DNA of 32,000 nucleotides from Candidatus Profftella armatura (GTDB lineage Bacteria; Pseudomonadota; Gammaproteobacteria; Burkholderiales; Burkholderiaceae): NCBI RefSeq assembly GCF_000441555.1, contig NC_021885.1, positions 240,001 to 272,000 of the forward strand, read 5' to 3'. Shown piece by piece: positions 27,985 to 32,000 of this stretch (position 1 is its first letter; each line of letters starts with the position of its first letter). The notes under the pieces were generated by a model. It saw only the letters and a program-made list of their open reading frames with translations, ran no database searches and was not told where the DNA came from. The position numbers and the translations under genes were made by a program.

Positions 27985-28776
27985 TTAATTTAAATTATAT
28001 GTGAGTAATAAATTATTAACAACATTTTTTTTTAATTCCTTTAAATATCCTCGTTTAAATTCATGTGGTAATTTAATTATTCCATAACGAATACGAATTA
28101 AACGAGATACAATTAATCCAAATACTTCAAACATTTTACGTACCTCTCTATTGCGACCCTCATAAATTATTACTTTATACCATTTATTAGAACCATACCC
28201 TCCTGCTTCAGAGATATTTGAAAAACGCGCTAAACCATGTTTTAATTTAATTCCTTTAATTAATTTTATTTTTATATTCTTTGTTAATTTTCCTAATATT
28301 CGTACAGCATATTCACGTTCAATATTATAACGAGGATGCGATAATCTATTTACTAATTTTCCTGAATTAGTAAATAATAATAAACCCTCTGTATTAAAAT
28401 CAAGTCTTCCAATAGACAACCATTTTGAATATTTTATATTTGGTAAATTATCAAATACTGATGGGCGATTATTTGGATCATTGTAACTAACAATTTCACC
28501 TGAAGGTTTATAATAAATTAATATACGAATATTATTTTTATAAATTTTACTCTTTAATAATTTTCCATTAATTTTAATGCAATCATTTAGAGCAATACGT
28601 TGACCAATATGCGCTGTTTTATTATTTATAGAAATACAACCAGAAATAATTAATTTTTCTATATTTCTTCGAGAACCTATACCAATACTTGCTAGTGCTT
28701 TTTGTAATTTTGGAAAATTATTATTTTCTTCTGAGTCAATATTTTTTGAAAAATTTTTAATATATTGAAATATCAT
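27985..28776 (-). CDS. rluB: 23S rRNA pseudouridine synthase, RluB-type (RsuA/RluB family)
   Basis: 263 aa. S4 domain (LQKALASIGIGSRRNIEKLIISG) and catalytic motif GRLDFNTEGLLLFTNSG. Assignment to a specific family member is less certain than assignment to the family. Confidence 0.8.
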   Translation of the reverse strand: MIFQYIKNFSKNIDSEENNNFPKLQKALASIGIGSRRNIEKLIISGCISINNKTAHIGQRIALNDCIKINGKLLKSKIYKNNIRILIYYKPSGEIVSYNDPNNRPSVFDNLPNIKYSKWLSIGRLDFNTEGLLLFTNSGKLVNRLSHPRYNIEREYAVRILGKLTKNIKIKLIKGIKLKHGLARFSNISEAGGYGSNKWYKVIIYEGRNREVRKMFEVFGLIVSRLIRIRYGIIKLPHEFKRGYLKELKKNVVNNLLLTYNLN

Positions 28777-28813
28777 AATATTTTAATAGTAATAAAAATA
28801 ATTTTAATTTTAT

Positions 28814-29269
28814 TTACAATTGAATATAATGTGATATTCCAATTTTTTTAATTAGTTTTAACTGTGTCTCTAACCAATAAATATGTTTTTCAGTATCACA
28901 CAGAATATTTATTAATATATTCTGTGAAATAAAATCATTAAATTTGTTAATATTTAAAATTTCTTTTTTTATTGTAATTTGAGAAATTTTTTCTAATTTT
29001 AAATCATTTCTTAATATTTCTATAATATTTTTTCCAACTTTTAATTGACGTAATATTTTCATATTAGGTTTGCCATTAAGCATAAGAATTCTATCAATTA
29101 ATTGATCAGCATGCTTCATTTCTTCCATAGATTCTTTATATTCTTTTTTAGACATTTTTATAAACCCCAAATTTTTACATATTTTAGAATGTAAAAAATA
29201 TTGATTAGCCGCAGAGAGTTCGTTTATTAATTGAAAATTAAGTGATTTAATAATAGATGAATTATGCAT
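28814..29269 (-). CDS. bfr: Bacterioferritin
   Basis: 151 aa. It aligns by eye with E. coli Bfr. NELSAANQYFLH, KESMEEMKHAD (Glu51, Met52 and His54 equivalents), DLKLE and DTEKHIYWLE are present, so the ferroxidase ligands and the heme Met are retained. Confidence 0.88.
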   Translation of the reverse strand: MHNSSIIKSLNFQLINELSAANQYFLHSKICKNLGFIKMSKKEYKESMEEMKHADQLIDRILMLNGKPNMKILRQLKVGKNIIEILRNDLKLEKISQITIKKEILNINKFNDFISQNILINILCDTEKHIYWLETQLKLIKKIGISHYIQL

Positions 29270-29315
29270 AAAATTCCATAAAATTAATAAAAATTTTTAT
29301 AAGTTAAGTAATTAT

Positions 29316-29750
29316 TTATTTATATTTTTTAAAACGCAAATATTGAATAGTTTTTAGTTGAGCAATAATAATTGCTAATTTAGCTTTAGTTATTGAATAA
29401 TCAATATTTGATTTTTTATTATATAAAATATTTTCAAGTAAAATTTTTTCTTTTTCTATTTGTTTTTCAACTAAATCAGAGCCATGAATTGCTGTATCCG
29501 CTAAAACAATTACAGAATCAGGTTGTATATCTATAATTCCTCCAGAAACAAAAATACATTTTTCTTCTATTTTTTTACTAATTTTTATTCTTATAAATCC
29601 TGGTTTAATACATGTAATTAATGGAGAATGCAAAGGATAAACCCCTAAATCCCCTAATTCTCCGGGTAACACTATAAATTCTATATTTTTATTAGAAAAT
29701 AATAAACCTTCAATTGATACTATATCAATACGCATAGCATGAATTGTCAT
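29316..29750 (-). CDS. atpC: F1 ATP synthase epsilon subunit
   Basis: 144 aa, directly downstream of atpD. N-terminal beta-sandwich pattern (IDIVSIEGLLFS ... VLPGELGDLGVYPLHSPLIT). Confidence 0.88.
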   Translation of the reverse strand: MTIHAMRIDIVSIEGLLFSNKNIEFIVLPGELGDLGVYPLHSPLITCIKPGFIRIKISKKIEEKCIFVSGGIIDIQPDSVIVLADTAIHGSDLVEKQIEKEKILLENILYNKKSNIDYSITKAKLAIIIAQLKTIQYLRFKKYK

Positions 29751-29798
29751 AAATTTTTACAATATATAATTAAATTTAAAATAACGTTTATTTATTTT

Positions 29799-31229
<1,431 letters not shown>

Positions 31230-31255
31230 TTAAAACCTTTATATTCTTTTAAAAA

Positions 31256-32000
31256 TTAAACCACAGAAGAACCACTAATAATTTCTGATAGTTCTTTAGT
31301 AATTGTTGCTTGTCTAGTTTTATTGTATATTAATTTTAATTCATCTATTATATAATCAGCATTTTCGCTAGCTGATTTCATTGCAATCATTCTAGAAACT
31401 TGTTCTGATGCTATATTTTCAGATATTGATTGATAAATTAATGCTTCAATATAACGAATAAATAGTTTATTAATTAAAACAAGAATATTTGTTTCGTAAA
31501 TATAATATGAAGAATATTTATTTTTTATAGGAAAAGTTAAATATTTATCACTAAAAGGCAATAATTTAGAAATAGTTGCTTTTTGTTGTAATGTATTTAT
31601 GAATTTAGTATATATTATATATATTGAATCAATAAGATTGTTTTTGTAATCTTTTACTAAAATTTTAATTAAGTTAGTTAATTTATTAAAATACAATATA
31701 TCACCAATTTGTGTAATACATAATTTTGTTTTAATATTAATTTCATTTAAAAAATTTAATCCTTTTTGACCGATAACAAAAAAATCTATAAAATTACCTT
31801 TACTCTCTAATTCATTTATTTTTTTTATTAATATACGAAATATATTAGAATTTATTGAGCCACATAAACCCTTATCTGTTGTAATTAAAATAATAGCCAC
31901 ACGTTTTATTCTATTTTTTTTTTTAAAAAATAAATTTCTACACTCAAAATGAGTTTGTAATAAATTACAAATAATTCTTTTAATATTTACGCTATAAGGA
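31256..32000 (-). CDS. atpG: F1 ATP synthase gamma subunit, 5'-partial (continues beyond the right edge)
   Basis: The ORF-track start at 31900 is an internal GTG. The frame stays open to nt 32000 and reads PYSVNIKRIICNLLQTHFECRNLFFKKKNRIKRVAIILITTDKGLCGSIN. This aligns with gamma-subunit residues about 40-90 (RPYAE...KRVGYLVVSTDRGLCGGLN). The true start therefore lies outside the window. Confidence 0.9.
   Translation of the reverse strand, partial: PYSVNIKRIICNLLQTHFECRNLFFKKKNRIKRVAIILITTDKGLCGSINSNIFRILIKKINELESKGNFIDFFVIGQKGLNFLNEINIKTKLCITQIGDILYFNKLTNLIKILVKDYKNNLIDSIYIIYTKFINTLQQKATISKLLPFSDKYLTFPIKNKYSSYYIYETNILVLINKLFIRYIEALIYQSISENIASEQVSRMIAMKSASENADYIIDELKLIYNKTRQATITKELSEIISGSSVV

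Overview
The window is extremely A+T-rich (roughly four-fifths A+T by eye, not computed) and tightly packed, which is the look of a strongly reduced endosymbiont genome. The core proteins (AtpD, NusA, TsaB, Bfr) look betaproteobacterial. Positions 1..17754 are one uninterrupted reading frame that runs off the left edge. It encodes more than 5,900 aa of a trans-AT (AT-less) modular polyketide synthase. My domain reading is KS-KR-cMT-ACP-ACP-ACP | KS-DH-PS(pyran synthase-like)-KR-ACP-ACP | KS-KR-ACP | KS-degenerate DH. This order is what is expected for the gem-dimethyl tetrahydropyran 'right half' of pederin-family polyketides (PedF-like). From memory it resembles the diaphorin (dip) synthase of the psyllid symbiont Candidatus Profftella armatura, but I cannot verify that here. 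The ACPs sit inside two tandem repeats whose copies read as nucleotide-identical: 432 bp x3 and 285 bp x2. The PKS gene is followed directly by core genes with no mobile-element signatures: serS, a degenerate UDG-like ORF, tsaB, a thioredoxin-like gene, tRNA-Ser(GCU), typA, truB, rbfA, infB, nusA, rluB, bfr, atpC, atpD and atpG. atpG runs off the right edge. No AT, ER, TE, NRPS or tailoring genes lie in the window, so the rest of the pathway must be encoded elsewhere.
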